The notes under the pieces are model-generated. The model had not been told where the DNA came from and searched no databases. It saw only the letters and a list, made by a program, of their open reading frames with translations. The position numbers and the translations under genes are program-made. A DNA stretch of 64,000 nt, taken from the NCBI GenBank assembly GCA_041671225.1, contig JBAZBY010000001.1:30338-94337 (forward strand), given 5' to 3'. Of this stretch, positions 41,691-50,211 are shown in pieces. This stretch comes from Patescibacteria group bacterium. GTDB lineage: Bacteria > Patescibacteriota > Patescibacteriia > JBAZBY01. How positions within the stretch are numbered: the first letter of the stretch is position 1; every line of letters begins with the position of its first letter.

Positions 41691-42011
41691 TTATGCAACT
41701 GCAACGTTGCCGATTGCCCAAAACACAAACAGGAGCTCCAGAATACCAAACCCAAAACCAAAGTACGCATAGACTGCTCCGCCAACATCGGCATTATGGC
41801 GAACATGTGCTATGCCTATCGCGCCGGTGATAAGTGCAGAGAGTGCAAGGGCAATAGTGCCATAAAAATACACAACGACTGGCCCGTTTTCCTCTGGCAA
41901 AACAAATGCCATACTCATTGCACATAATGCGAGCAACGTCGAAAGCACGGCTACTTTTGAACGTCGCTGCGTTGGAATCATTGACTGTTCTTGTTGTGAT
42001 ACGTTTTCCAT
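41691..42011 (-). CDS. hypothetical small membrane protein
   Basis: Two or three TM helices. Start chosen at an internal ATG (MENVSQQEQ) to avoid overlap with the argS 3' end. Confidence 0.45.
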   Translation of the reverse strand: MENVSQQEQSMIPTQRRSKVAVLSTLLALCAMSMAFVLPEENGPVVVYFYGTIALALSALITGAIGIAHVRHNADVGGAVYAYFGFGFGILELLFVFWAIGNVAVA

Positions 42012-42030
42012 ACTTCCCCTTTTAATACCT

Positions 42031-43719
42031 TTACATTTTTTTTGGCTTAGAAAGACCAAGAAGGTCTAAGATGCCTGTGAGTATTGTATCTGACATCTGG
42101 ACGATCTCCAAACGCCGTGGATCATACGAGACATCATTCTCAATGATGCGCTCGGTGTCATAAAAAAGATGGAATGCTTCAGCATATTCCAATGCAAAGT
42201 TTGCAAGACGATGCACTTCATAGGTGCGGCCCACGTCATCCAGTATTTCAGGAAATCGAAGAGAAAGCACAACGAGCCTGCGGGCGCGCTCAGAAAGCTC
42301 CCCCGGCTTCTGCTTTTTAAGCGGTGCGGCCTTACGTTTTGAAAGTGTTGCAAATGTAGAAAGCAAACTCTGCACGCGCGTGTATGCATATTGTAAATAA
42401 TACACCGGGTTCTCTTTGCTTTGTTTCTTTGCAAGATCAAGATCAAAATCCATGTGCCGGTCAGCGGTATACATAAGAAAAAAGAAACGCGCGGCATCGG
42501 GGCCAACTTCCTCCATAACTTCTTCCAATGTAATAAACGTTCCCTGACGCTTGGACATGCGCACTTCCTTGCCGTCCTGAAGAATCCGCACCAGCTGAAA
42601 AATCAATACATCAAGCGGTTGCGTGAGATCCAATGCCTGCCGGGCTGCCTGAAGCCGTGGAACAAACCCATGATGATCCGCGCCAAGTAAAAGAATTGCG
42701 CGGTCAAAGCGGCGGATCTTAAACTTCTCCCAGAGATACGCAATGTCCGCATAAAAATATGTGGTCGTACCATCGCTCTTCACAACAACACGATCTTTAT
42801 CATCGCCAAAGCGCGTGGTGCGAACCCAGGTTGCGCCGTCCTTCTCATACACCATACCATTCTCTCCAAGGCGCTTGAGCATCTTTTCAAGCAGATCGCG
42901 GTCATGTAATTCTGATTCAGAAAAATAACGATCGAACACGATGCCAACCATCTTCAATGAGTGTTTGATTCGCGTCATCATCTTACGCACTGCCCGTCCG
43001 CGAATTTTATTCCGCAGTCTTTTGGTGTCATCAAGGCGTTCATGGTCCAAATCCAAATCCTCTGCAAGCTCACGGATGTACTCTCCTTGATAGAGCTCAT
43101 CGGTAAAGGCAACCGGGATGCCGCGCTTCTCCAAATAGCGCCGGATAACCGACTCCGCCAGTGTATCAATTTGCTTTCCGGCATCATTGAAGTAATACTC
43201 GCGATGCACCTTTTTGCCGAGTGCAGTGAGCACGCGCGCAATCACATCACCCATAAATCCACCGCGACCATTTCCTGCGGTAAGCGGACCGGTAGGGTTC
43301 GCGGAAATATATTCAAGATGAACCCGCTCCGCGGGCTTTTCTTTCAATTCCCAAACTGCCTTTTTCTCCTTAATAGCCTTCTTGATAAAACGCGTCAGCC
43401 ATTCACGATCAAGTGAAACATTGATGTACCCCGGATGCACCACATCAACACGTGCAACAAATGCGCCAGGCTTGGGGCCGGCGGCCAATTTTTGCGCAAT
43501 GTCCATTGGACTCATTTTGAGAATGGGCGCGAGTTGCATTGCGATACTGAGGGCATACTCTCCATACCGCGAATCCGCAGGATACGAAACATCCGCCTTT
43601 GGAAGGTGTTCCGCATGCTCTGGAAAAAGCCGTCGCATGCGGGCGGTGAATTCTTCCTCAAGTCTATCGCGAAGTCGTTGCATAAAAGCAGTATATCCTG
43701 CCCGCACTCGTCTCCACAA
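42031..43719 (-). CDS. argS: arginine--tRNA ligase
   Basis: Class I aaRS with a KMSK-type motif (KMSKRQGTF) and a C-terminal DALR anticodon-binding region. The start may be the internal ATG at 43683. Confidence 0.92.
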   Translation of the reverse strand: MWRRVRAGYTAFMQRLRDRLEEEFTARMRRLFPEHAEHLPKADVSYPADSRYGEYALSIAMQLAPILKMSPMDIAQKLAAGPKPGAFVARVDVVHPGYINVSLDREWLTRFIKKAIKEKKAVWELKEKPAERVHLEYISANPTGPLTAGNGRGGFMGDVIARVLTALGKKVHREYYFNDAGKQIDTLAESVIRRYLEKRGIPVAFTDELYQGEYIRELAEDLDLDHERLDDTKRLRNKIRGRAVRKMMTRIKHSLKMVGIVFDRYFSESELHDRDLLEKMLKRLGENGMVYEKDGATWVRTTRFGDDKDRVVVKSDGTTTYFYADIAYLWEKFKIRRFDRAILLLGADHHGFVPRLQAARQALDLTQPLDVLIFQLVRILQDGKEVRMSKRQGTFITLEEVMEEVGPDAARFFFLMYTADRHMDFDLDLAKKQSKENPVYYLQYAYTRVQSLLSTFATLSKRKAAPLKKQKPGELSERARRLVVLSLRFPEILDDVGRTYEVHRLANFALEYAEAFHLFYDTERIIENDVSYDPRRLEIVQMSDTILTGILDLLGLSKPKKM

Positions 43720-43742
43720 GCAAATCCTGCTAGGATTGCCTC

Positions 43743-44192
43743 ATGCCGAATCTCACCACAAACAAGCGTGTCCTCTTCGACTATACCGTTATTCAGAAGA
43801 TTGAGGCGGGTATCAAGCTCACAGGCGCAGAAGTGAAGTCAGCAAAGATGGGACAAATGAAACTCCAGGGTGCGTACGTCGCGATTCGTGATGAAAAACC
43901 CTGGCTTGTTGGTGCGCGTATTGCCCACTACCATAAAGCCTCACATGACCAGCAGCATTTTGACCCAGAACGTGATAGAATCCTTCTGCTCTCAAAAAAG
44001 GAAATTAGGCAACTTATCGGTAAAATAAGTGCTGAGGGCTTGACAATTATCCCTATTTCTGCTTATACTAAGGTAGGATTAATAAAGATCGAGCTTGGAC
44101 TCGCCCGCGGAAAACGCAAGGCAGACAAACGAGAATCAATTAAAAAGCGAGATGTTGAACGGCGCATTAAGCAGCGCCTACGGCAACACTAG
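43743..44192 (+). CDS. smpB: SsrA-binding protein
   Basis: 149 aa with SmpB core and a basic C-terminal tail (ARGKRKADKRESIKKRDVERRIKQRLRQH). Confidence 0.93.
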   Translation: MPNLTTNKRVLFDYTVIQKIEAGIKLTGAEVKSAKMGQMKLQGAYVAIRDEKPWLVGARIAHYHKASHDQQHFDPERDRILLLSKKEIRQLIGKISAEGLTIIPISAYTKVGLIKIELGLARGKRKADKRESIKKRDVERRIKQRLRQH

Positions 44193-44294
44193 GTGGACAA
44201 CCGCCCAGCACCTTCTACAAGAATCATTCTGCATATAGTCGCAAACAGCTGATCATCGGAAGATCATCAGAGCAGAGTAGAATGAAGGTGCCGG

Positions 44295-44691
44295 GGGGAT
44301 GTTCAAAAGTCGCAAGTTCATTACAAGACGTTAGCGCGAATCGGAGGTGCTTTATACTCCGTAACCCATAAAGCAAACAGAAGTGCAAACTTCATTACAA
44401 AGGTGAAGAATACTGTCGCGAATGCTTTCAGCGTTCCACAGCTCTCACCTATTGCTGTCGCCTAAACGCGATAGCCATCCGCTTCAGGATTCCTGATACT
44501 GAAATCCGGGTGCCATTCATCAGGATCGGTAGTCGGTTGTCTCGACTGAGTACCTAAAATTCCGAGACGATGTGAGAAGGGGCTTTTGGTTGTTTCTTAC
44601 CTTTCTCACTTACTTTTAAAACAGCCTACATTCGTAGATGCAGACGTCCGAAATGAGTTTCACGCGGGTGAAAGACCCGCCATCTCCACCA
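44295..44691 (+). ncRNA. ssrA: transfer-messenger RNA (tmRNA, ssrA)
   Basis: Immediately downstream of smpB in a 400-nt stretch with no ORF of 60 aa or more. The 5' GGGGAUG (44295-44301) pairs with the 3' CAUCUCC (44681-44687) to give a 7-bp acceptor stem with a G3.U wobble. Discriminator A plus encoded CCA at 44688-44691. T-arm GCGGG-UGAAAGA-CCCGC. In-frame tag candidates begin with Ala-Asn at 44373 or 44418 and share a TAA at 44463-44465 (for example ANAFSVPQLSPIAVA). Confidence 0.75.
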
Positions 44692-44716
44692 GTCTTCGCC
44701 CGCTAGGGCGAAGACT
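44691..44716 (+). terminator. hairpin immediately 3' of tmRNA
   Basis: 11-bp perfect stem AGTCTTCGCCC-gcta-GGGCGAAGACT with no U-tract. Could be a terminator or a processing structure. Confidence 0.45.
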
Positions 44717-44792
44717 GTCCGTCGAAACTTCGAGCATTGCGAGGAGTGAGGGCGGACACATCAGGCTACGACTGGCACAGCCAGTTCTCAAG

Positions 44793-45362
44793 ATTATTAT
44801 TGTCACGACAATTCGTAGATCACCGAACCGCCAGAGGCAGGCATTCAAACCCACGCAACCACAGCATCGGCTGAATGACGCTATCCGCGCACCTGAAGTC
44901 CGTGTCCAGGACAATCAAGGTGAACAACTTGGAATCATGCCAATCGCAGAAGCCCTGCGCATAGCGCAAGAGCAGGGTTTTGATTTGATTGAGATTGCTC
45001 CACAGGCACAGCCCCCTGTGGTGCGTATTGCTGATTACGGTGCCTGGAAGTTCCGTCAAGAAAAGATGGAGCGAAAACAGAAGGCCCACCAAAAAAAGTC
45101 AGAAGTAAAGGGAATTCGCCTTTCTTTCACTATTGGAGAGCATGATTTGGAGGTTCGAAGAAGCCAGGCCTTGAAATTTCTTGAACAAGGAGATAAAGTG
45201 AAGCCCGAAATTATCTTGCGCGGACGGCAGATTATCCACCAAGATAAGGCGCGAGGCTACCTCATCGCCTTTGCAAAGGATCTCGGAGAGGGCGTCTTTA
45301 TTGAACAGCCCATCAGCAGGCAGGGTAAAAAATTCTTTATGGTTATCGCTAAGAAAAAATAA
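44793..45362 (+). CDS. infC: translation initiation factor IF-3 (non-AUG start, probably ATT)
   Basis: C-terminal 170 aa of ORF 44586..45362 align to IF-3 (NDAIRAPEVRV, GEQLGIMP, KKQKAHQKKSEVKGIRL, DLEVRRSQALKFLEQGDKVK). The N-terminal 69 codons of the ORF cover the tmRNA and its hairpin and contain no ATG, GTG or TTG. In-frame ATT codons at 44793, 44796, 44799 and 44811 are candidate starts. Confidence 0.75.
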   Translation: MIIVTTIRRSPNRQRQAFKPTQPQHRLNDAIRAPEVRVQDNQGEQLGIMPIAEALRIAQEQGFDLIEIAPQAQPPVVRIADYGAWKFRQEKMERKQKAHQKKSEVKGIRLSFTIGEHDLEVRRSQALKFLEQGDKVKPEIILRGRQIIHQDKARGYLIAFAKDLGEGVFIEQPISRQGKKFFMVIAKKK

Positions 45363-45562
45363 TGGCAAAACTCAAGACACGAAAGGCAATATCAAAGCGC
45401 GTCAAAGTCACCGGCACAAAGAAGCTCCGCACCCGCCACGGCGGTCAGGATCACTTTAATGCTCGTCAGACGGGTAAGATGAAACGCAATAAGCGTATGA
45501 ATAATACTATCCATAAGACGCTTCGAAAATCAGTAAAACGGCAGTTGCCGTATAACAACTAA
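45362..45562 (+). CDS. rpmI: 50S ribosomal protein L35
   Basis: 66-aa basic protein starting MAKLKTRKAISKRVKVTGTKK; TAATG stop/start overlap with infC. Confidence 0.93.
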   Translation: MAKLKTRKAISKRVKVTGTKKLRTRHGGQDHFNARQTGKMKRNKRMNNTIHKTLRKSVKRQLPYNN

Positions 45563-45566
45563 CGAT

Positions 45567-45908
45567 ATGCGCGTTAAACGAGGTACGAGTCATGTAAAGC
45601 GACGTCGAAATCTCCTGAAGAAGGCGAAAGGTTTTAGTTGGGGTCGCAAAAGTCACATCAAGAAGGCAAAGACCGCCGTTACAAAAGCAGGCGTTCATGC
45701 CTATCGCGACCGCCGACGCAAAAAGCGCGAGAAGCGTGCGCTCTGGCAGATTCGCTTGAATGCAGCCGCGCGTCAGGAAGGCATGACCTACTCACAGTTC
45801 ATCCACGCACTTAAAATCAAAGAGATCGCGCTCAATCGGAAGGTTCTCTCTGAGATCGCAATGGACGAACCAGCGGTATTCGCTGAGATCGTCAAAAAAG
45901 TCAAATAA
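45567..45908 (+). CDS. rplT: 50S ribosomal protein L20
   Basis: N-terminus MRVKRGTSHVKRRRNLLKKAKGF is diagnostic; completes the infC-rpmI-rplT operon. Confidence 0.95.
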   Translation: MRVKRGTSHVKRRRNLLKKAKGFSWGRKSHIKKAKTAVTKAGVHAYRDRRRKKREKRALWQIRLNAAARQEGMTYSQFIHALKIKEIALNRKVLSEIAMDEPAVFAEIVKKVK

Positions 45909-45920
45909 ATTTTCTACAAA

Positions 45921-45950
45921 AAAGACCCCCCGCGTTCCGGGGGGTTTTTG
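45921..45950. terminator. bidirectional intrinsic terminator (rplT on plus, VanZ-like gene on minus)
   Basis: AAAAAAGA, then CCCCCCG-cgttc-CGGGGGG, then TTTTTGG. Confidence 0.7.
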
Positions 45951-45959
45951 GTATCTTAT

Positions 45960-46319
45960 TTATTCCTGCCAGGGAGATTTTTCTGTACGGCCGGCAAGAA
46001 ATGTTCCAAGAAGCACGCCGAGGGTATCAATCCCCAGATCAACAAAATTACCATTGCGACCTTGTACAAATGATTGATGCCACTCATCACTTGCCGCATA
46101 AAGAATACCAATCACGAGCGTTGGCCAAAGCTTATTACGAAATCCAAGTGCCTTATGAATCAGCAACGCAAGAATAACAAACTCCATAATATGCGCTCCC
46201 TTGCGCAAGATAAGATCCGCGGTTGAGGAGAGATCCGTCGCAAGATCAGGAAAGCTCGATAGCAAAAAAATCACACTGGCCCAGAGAAGTGCTGCAATGC
46301 TATAAAATAATCGAGACAT
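45960..46319 (-). CDS. VanZ-family membrane protein
   Basis: VanZ-like 4-TM layout (MSRLFYSIAALLWASVIFLLSS ... ASDEWHQSFV). The ORF-track N-terminal extension to 46406 is the antisense of tRNA-Asp. Confidence 0.7.
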   Translation of the reverse strand: MSRLFYSIAALLWASVIFLLSSFPDLATDLSSTADLILRKGAHIMEFVILALLIHKALGFRNKLWPTLVIGILYAASDEWHQSFVQGRNGNFVDLGIDTLGVLLGTFLAGRTEKSPWQE

Positions 46320-46326
46320 AATATAC

Positions 46327-46404
46327 TGGCGGACCCGACCGGATTCGAACCGGCGATCTCCTCCGTGACAGGGAGGCGTGTTAACCAGGCTACACCACAG
46401 GTCC
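46327..46404 (-). tRNA. tRNA-Asp (anticodon GUC), CCA encoded
   Basis: Hand-folded cloverleaf: acceptor GGACCTG / CGGGTCC (one G.U); D-stem GTGT / ACAC; anticodon stem CCTCC / GGAGG with loop CUGUCAC; variable loop 5 nt; T-arm GCCGG-TTCGAAT-CCGGT; discriminator G; CCA. Confidence 0.9.
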
Positions 46405-46609
46405 ACGTTTGCTTACTAAAAATGCAGAGCGCAGCATAGCATGCGAAACGAAGTCTGTCCAGAGAAGTCAAAATAAGCATATATGCATCCGTTCCCGTGG
46501 CCGGCCAATCCTGACACACAAAGATTGCCGCTGATTCTATAAAGTGTAAGCTTGCTGTGAAAACAGAAATCGCCCTTTGACATGCCTGGTAACAACTAAC
46601 CCAAATCAT

Positions 46610-46792
46610 ATGAACATCGCGCCACAATATAGCGAGGTGCTCAACTTCTTGCTCGATCACGGGCCACTCATCTTCGGGGCTTTCCTCGTACTCTCGGCCA
46701 CTGACGGCAAGCGGTTCGGACCAGTCCGATTTCTTGCACTCGTAGTAGGGTTAGCACTTGTTGTATCAGGTATGTCCGAATTTGTTGGCTAA
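46610..46792 (+). CDS. possible small 2-TM membrane protein (weak)
   Basis: 60-aa hydrophobic ORF (MNIAPQYSEVLNFLLDHGPLIFGAFLVLSATDGKRFGPVRFLALVVGLALVVSGMSEFVG). It ends just before a bidirectional terminator, which supports plus-strand transcription, but no Shine-Dalgarno sequence is visible. Confidence 0.3.
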   Translation: MNIAPQYSEVLNFLLDHGPLIFGAFLVLSATDGKRFGPVRFLALVVGLALVVSGMSEFVG

Positions 46793-46825
46793 GTGACAAA
46801 CGTCGCTTGCCAACACACCCTACTT

Positions 46826-46859
46826 AAAAGGAACCGCCCTCGGGTTCCTTTTCGCTTTT
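46826..46859. terminator. bidirectional intrinsic terminator
   Basis: AAAA, then GGAACCGCCC-tc-GGGTTCC, then TTTTCGCTTTT. Ends the plus-strand small ORF and the minus-strand 1110-aa gene. Confidence 0.65.
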
Positions 46860-49800
46860 ACTGTATCACAATCCCGCTCGCAGAGAATGGAATGACATTT
46901 GCAATGCCAGAGAGCGGGCCGGTGACGATGTCATCCACGCCATCACCATTCACATCACCAGAAGCCACGCTTGTGCCATACCGCGTGGTTTTGCCGTAGG
47001 CAAAGAACTGCGCGTCAACATTCCCAAATGCATCAAGTGAGCGTACATGCGGACCGCCAACCGCCGCCGGTACGACAATAATCTCATCAAAACCGTCCGC
47101 ATCCACGTCCCCTGCTGCCACAGAGAGCCCAATGCGGAACTCCTTGGGGTAAGCGAAGAACTGGCCTTCCAAGGTGCCACGCCCGTCAAAAATGCGTACA
47201 TGCGGACCGCCAACATTCAAGGGAACAATGATGATCTTATCCCGATTCGTGTCATCAATATGCCCCACCGCAACAGAAAGCCCGAGCCGATACCAAGCGG
47301 GATATGCAAAGAATTGCCCGAGTACATTCCCATTGCCGTCGAAGACGCGCACTTGCGGACCTCCGCGCTCACGGGGCGTCACGACAATCTCGTCTTTGCC
47401 ATCGCCATCCACATCGCCGGCGGCAACCGACGCCCCAACGCGAATATTTGATGCGAACGCGTAGAATTCACGCTGAAGATTTCCGCGAGAATCAAAGATA
47501 CGAATAAGCGGATAGTTCCCCACTTCCGTTCCGGTGATGATTTCAGCAATACCATCACCATCAATATCGCCAGCCGCGATGGTTGTTCCACCCCGGTACG
47601 TTGAATCATATGCAAAAAATTGACCCTTCACGCTTCCCTCTTTTGAAAACACGCGAACCTGCGGGCCACCAGAACCTTTTGGCACAGTAATAAGATCATC
47701 AATGCCATCGCCGTCGACATCACCAACGGCAACATTCACACCACCCTGAAAAAAAGTGGGGTACGAAAGAAAACCATCGACCACATCAAGGGTAAAGGTT
47801 CGTGTTGGTATGCTTCCGTCTGCCTCCTGCAGCGTAAACGAAACAGGAAAGATATCTGTCTGCCCGTCCACATTTGTTACCTTCACGTCATACCACCCTG
47901 TTGGCATCTGCGCGATAGGGATCACAATCGTCGCACTGGTATCGCTCTTGATATACACCGTTGCCGGGTACGGGCCGAACTGGGCCTGCATCCCATGACG
48001 AAAGCCAGTGCCACTCATATCCAAATAGGCCTCCGAAGCGGTATGACTTGCCTTCTTGATAGTATTTGGCCCAATGCCGCTCACTTCTGGTGCGTCTTCT
48101 GCAAACGGTGCAGGACCAGTGATATCCACGCGACGAATAAGATCGCTCCATTGATCTGCAACATAAAGCGTGCGGCCAGTGTGGTCTACTGCCAGTCCAG
48201 AAAGATTATTGAACTCCGCCGTACTCGGGGCGCCGTTCTCAAAACCACGCACACCCTCACCGCTGATCAGCTTAGAAACATTTGCCGTCAAATCATACAG
48301 CCGGATACGATGCGAACCATTGTCAGTGATATAAAGGATATTGTCATCAAACTCCACATAGAGTGGAAAGGAAAAAACGGCATTGTCGCGTACGCCCTCT
48401 AAATAACCTGCACTACCACGGCCTGCAATGGTGACAACGTCCTGCGTGGCGATCTCAATACGACGAATGGTGTGATTATTGCGATCAGCAACGTAGAGAT
48501 AGTTCCCGTTACGGTCGATGGTGATGCCCCACGGCGCATTAAACTTTGCATTGCTGCCCGTGGCATCCGCATTCCCCTTGCTTCCGCCTGCAACAAGTGT
48601 CGTTACGCCGGTGGAGATGCGAATCTTACGAATGCGATTGTTTGACGTGTCCGTAATATACAACCACGCATCATCTGGGCTAATGGCGATATCCGTAGGA
48701 TTATCAAAACGCGCCGCTGAACCCGTACCCTCTGCATACCCATTCCCCGGACCACCGGTGTTGAAATCCCCACCTCCTGCCACAAGCGAGGTCATCTTAC
48801 TCGCAATGTTTACCTTACGGATGCGATTATTCCAATGGTCAACCACATAAAGATTCTCCCCCGCTGAATCAATCGTGATACCGGATATATTTGAAAAACG
48901 GGCATCCTCGCCAGAGAATCCCTCGCCAATATAATCATCAATACTGCTGCCAACAATCCAGCTCCCATCAACGCTTCCTGTTGCGCGCGTCATCCGACGA
49001 ATTTTATTATTTTCAGCAAGATAGATATACGTCCGATCCGGGCTTATCACCATATCATGTGGCCGACCAAGAAGCGCACCGGTTCCTGTGCCGCTCGTAA
49101 ATCCAAAACGATCGTTGCCGGCAAAACGAACATCATCACCATCTGACGTTGCAAACTGCACAACCGTTGAGAGCCCTGCCATGGCAACGTAAAGCTTATT
49201 ATTATATGCAGCAATGCCTGCAGGATAATTCACAACCCTCATTCTTGCATCACTCACAAAAAGCTCCGTTGCACCGGTGCTTGTATTCACTTTACGGATA
49301 TAATCCGTGAGTCCATTACCATCACTCACATAAAGCGTACTCCCAACCTTCGCAATACCCCAGAGATTTTGAAACCGTGCCGTGCTCGCAGCGCCTTCTT
49401 TGTATCCCTTCGTGCCAGAACCAGAAAGCGTGCTCTTGATACCGCTCCGACGATCAACCTTCATGACCTTGTAGAGTCCTGCATCCGCAACATAAATAGT
49501 CACGTCAGTCACAACGAGCTTCTTTGGTTCACTAAGCCCTGTTGTGAGCGTTGTGACGGAACCACCATTCGTGCTGACGAAAAGTATCTTCCCGCTGCCG
49601 GTCTCCGCGATATACAGCGTCGTGTTGTAGACAGCAAGCCCCTCCGGCCCAGAAAGATTTGAAAGGAGCGTTGAAACAGAACCGCTTGGCGTGATCTTCC
49701 GGATGGCATTGTTGCCGGTATCCGCAACATAGATGTTGCCGGAGCTATCGCGGGCGATGCCGCGTGGCAAACCAAACTCCGCGCTGTCTGCCGCGCCGTT

Positions 49801-50190
49801 GCGCTCACCAAACGCGCCCGTGCCGGCATACGTGGAAATCTTTCCATTTGTCCCAACTTTACGAATAACATTATTGTAGGTATCTGCGATGTAAAAATTG
49901 CCACTGCCGTCAGAAAGCACGTCCTCAGAAAAATCCAAAAGCGCAGACGTTGCCGCCTGCCCGTCGCCGCTATATATTTTTCCAACATAGGTCTCAGCTT
50001 CACCATATGCATGCGCTGTTCCCCCAAAAACAAAAAATGCCATGAAAGTGATGGCTATGATAGGAATGATGCGCTGCGATTGAGTGAAATACACCCCCAT
50101 TGCCATTACACTATAGCGCATTCTGAGACATTTTTCAAGCAAAAAAAATCGGGAGGACATTCGCTTAGCAGCGAAGCCTCCCGAGTTCAA
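46858..50190 (-). CDS. giant secreted/surface protein with NHL repeats and C-terminal FG-GAP/VCBS repeats
   Basis: At least 8 NHL-type repeats (GNFYIADTYNNVIRKV, GNIYVADTGNNAIRKI, LYVADRNNHTIRRI and others) and 6 FG-GAP-like Ca-binding repeats (VGDVDGDGIDDLI, AAGDIDGDGIAEII, AAGDVDADGFDEII and others). Signal-peptide-like segment MAMGVYFTQSQRIIPIIAITFMAFFVFGGTAHA; the true start is probably internal to the ORF-track start. Confidence 0.8.
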   Translation of the reverse strand: MNSGGFAAKRMSSRFFLLEKCLRMRYSVMAMGVYFTQSQRIIPIIAITFMAFFVFGGTAHAYGEAETYVGKIYSGDGQAATSALLDFSEDVLSDGSGNFYIADTYNNVIRKVGTNGKISTYAGTGAFGERNGAADSAEFGLPRGIARDSSGNIYVADTGNNAIRKITPSGSVSTLLSNLSGPEGLAVYNTTLYIAETGSGKILFVSTNGGSVTTLTTGLSEPKKLVVTDVTIYVADAGLYKVMKVDRRSGIKSTLSGSGTKGYKEGAASTARFQNLWGIAKVGSTLYVSDGNGLTDYIRKVNTSTGATELFVSDARMRVVNYPAGIAAYNNKLYVAMAGLSTVVQFATSDGDDVRFAGNDRFGFTSGTGTGALLGRPHDMVISPDRTYIYLAENNKIRRMTRATGSVDGSWIVGSSIDDYIGEGFSGEDARFSNISGITIDSAGENLYVVDHWNNRIRKVNIASKMTSLVAGGGDFNTGGPGNGYAEGTGSAARFDNPTDIAISPDDAWLYITDTSNNRIRKIRISTGVTTLVAGGSKGNADATGSNAKFNAPWGITIDRNGNYLYVADRNNHTIRRIEIATQDVVTIAGRGSAGYLEGVRDNAVFSFPLYVEFDDNILYITDNGSHRIRLYDLTANVSKLISGEGVRGFENGAPSTAEFNNLSGLAVDHTGRTLYVADQWSDLIRRVDITGPAPFAEDAPEVSGIGPNTIKKASHTASEAYLDMSGTGFRHGMQAQFGPYPATVYIKSDTSATIVIPIAQMPTGWYDVKVTNVDGQTDIFPVSFTLQEADGSIPTRTFTLDVVDGFLSYPTFFQGGVNVAVGDVDGDGIDDLITVPKGSGGPQVRVFSKEGSVKGQFFAYDSTYRGGTTIAAGDIDGDGIAEIITGTEVGNYPLIRIFDSRGNLQREFYAFASNIRVGASVAAGDVDGDGKDEIVVTPRERGGPQVRVFDGNGNVLGQFFAYPAWYRLGLSVAVGHIDDTNRDKIIIVPLNVGGPHVRIFDGRGTLEGQFFAYPKEFRIGLSVAAGDVDADGFDEIIVVPAAVGGPHVRSLDAFGNVDAQFFAYGKTTRYGTSVASGDVNGDGVDDIVTGPLSGIANVIPFSASGIVIQ

Positions 50191-50211
50191 GAATGATCTT
50201 ACGGAACCTCC

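Noticed and set aside
44586-44792. N-terminal 69 codons of ORF 44586..45362 (MVVSYLSHLLLKQPTF...).
   Set aside because: They cover the tmRNA 3' half and its terminal hairpin, and the ORF-track Met at 44586 is not a plausible IF-3 start; between the tmRNA and the IF-3 homology there is no ATG, GTG or TTG.
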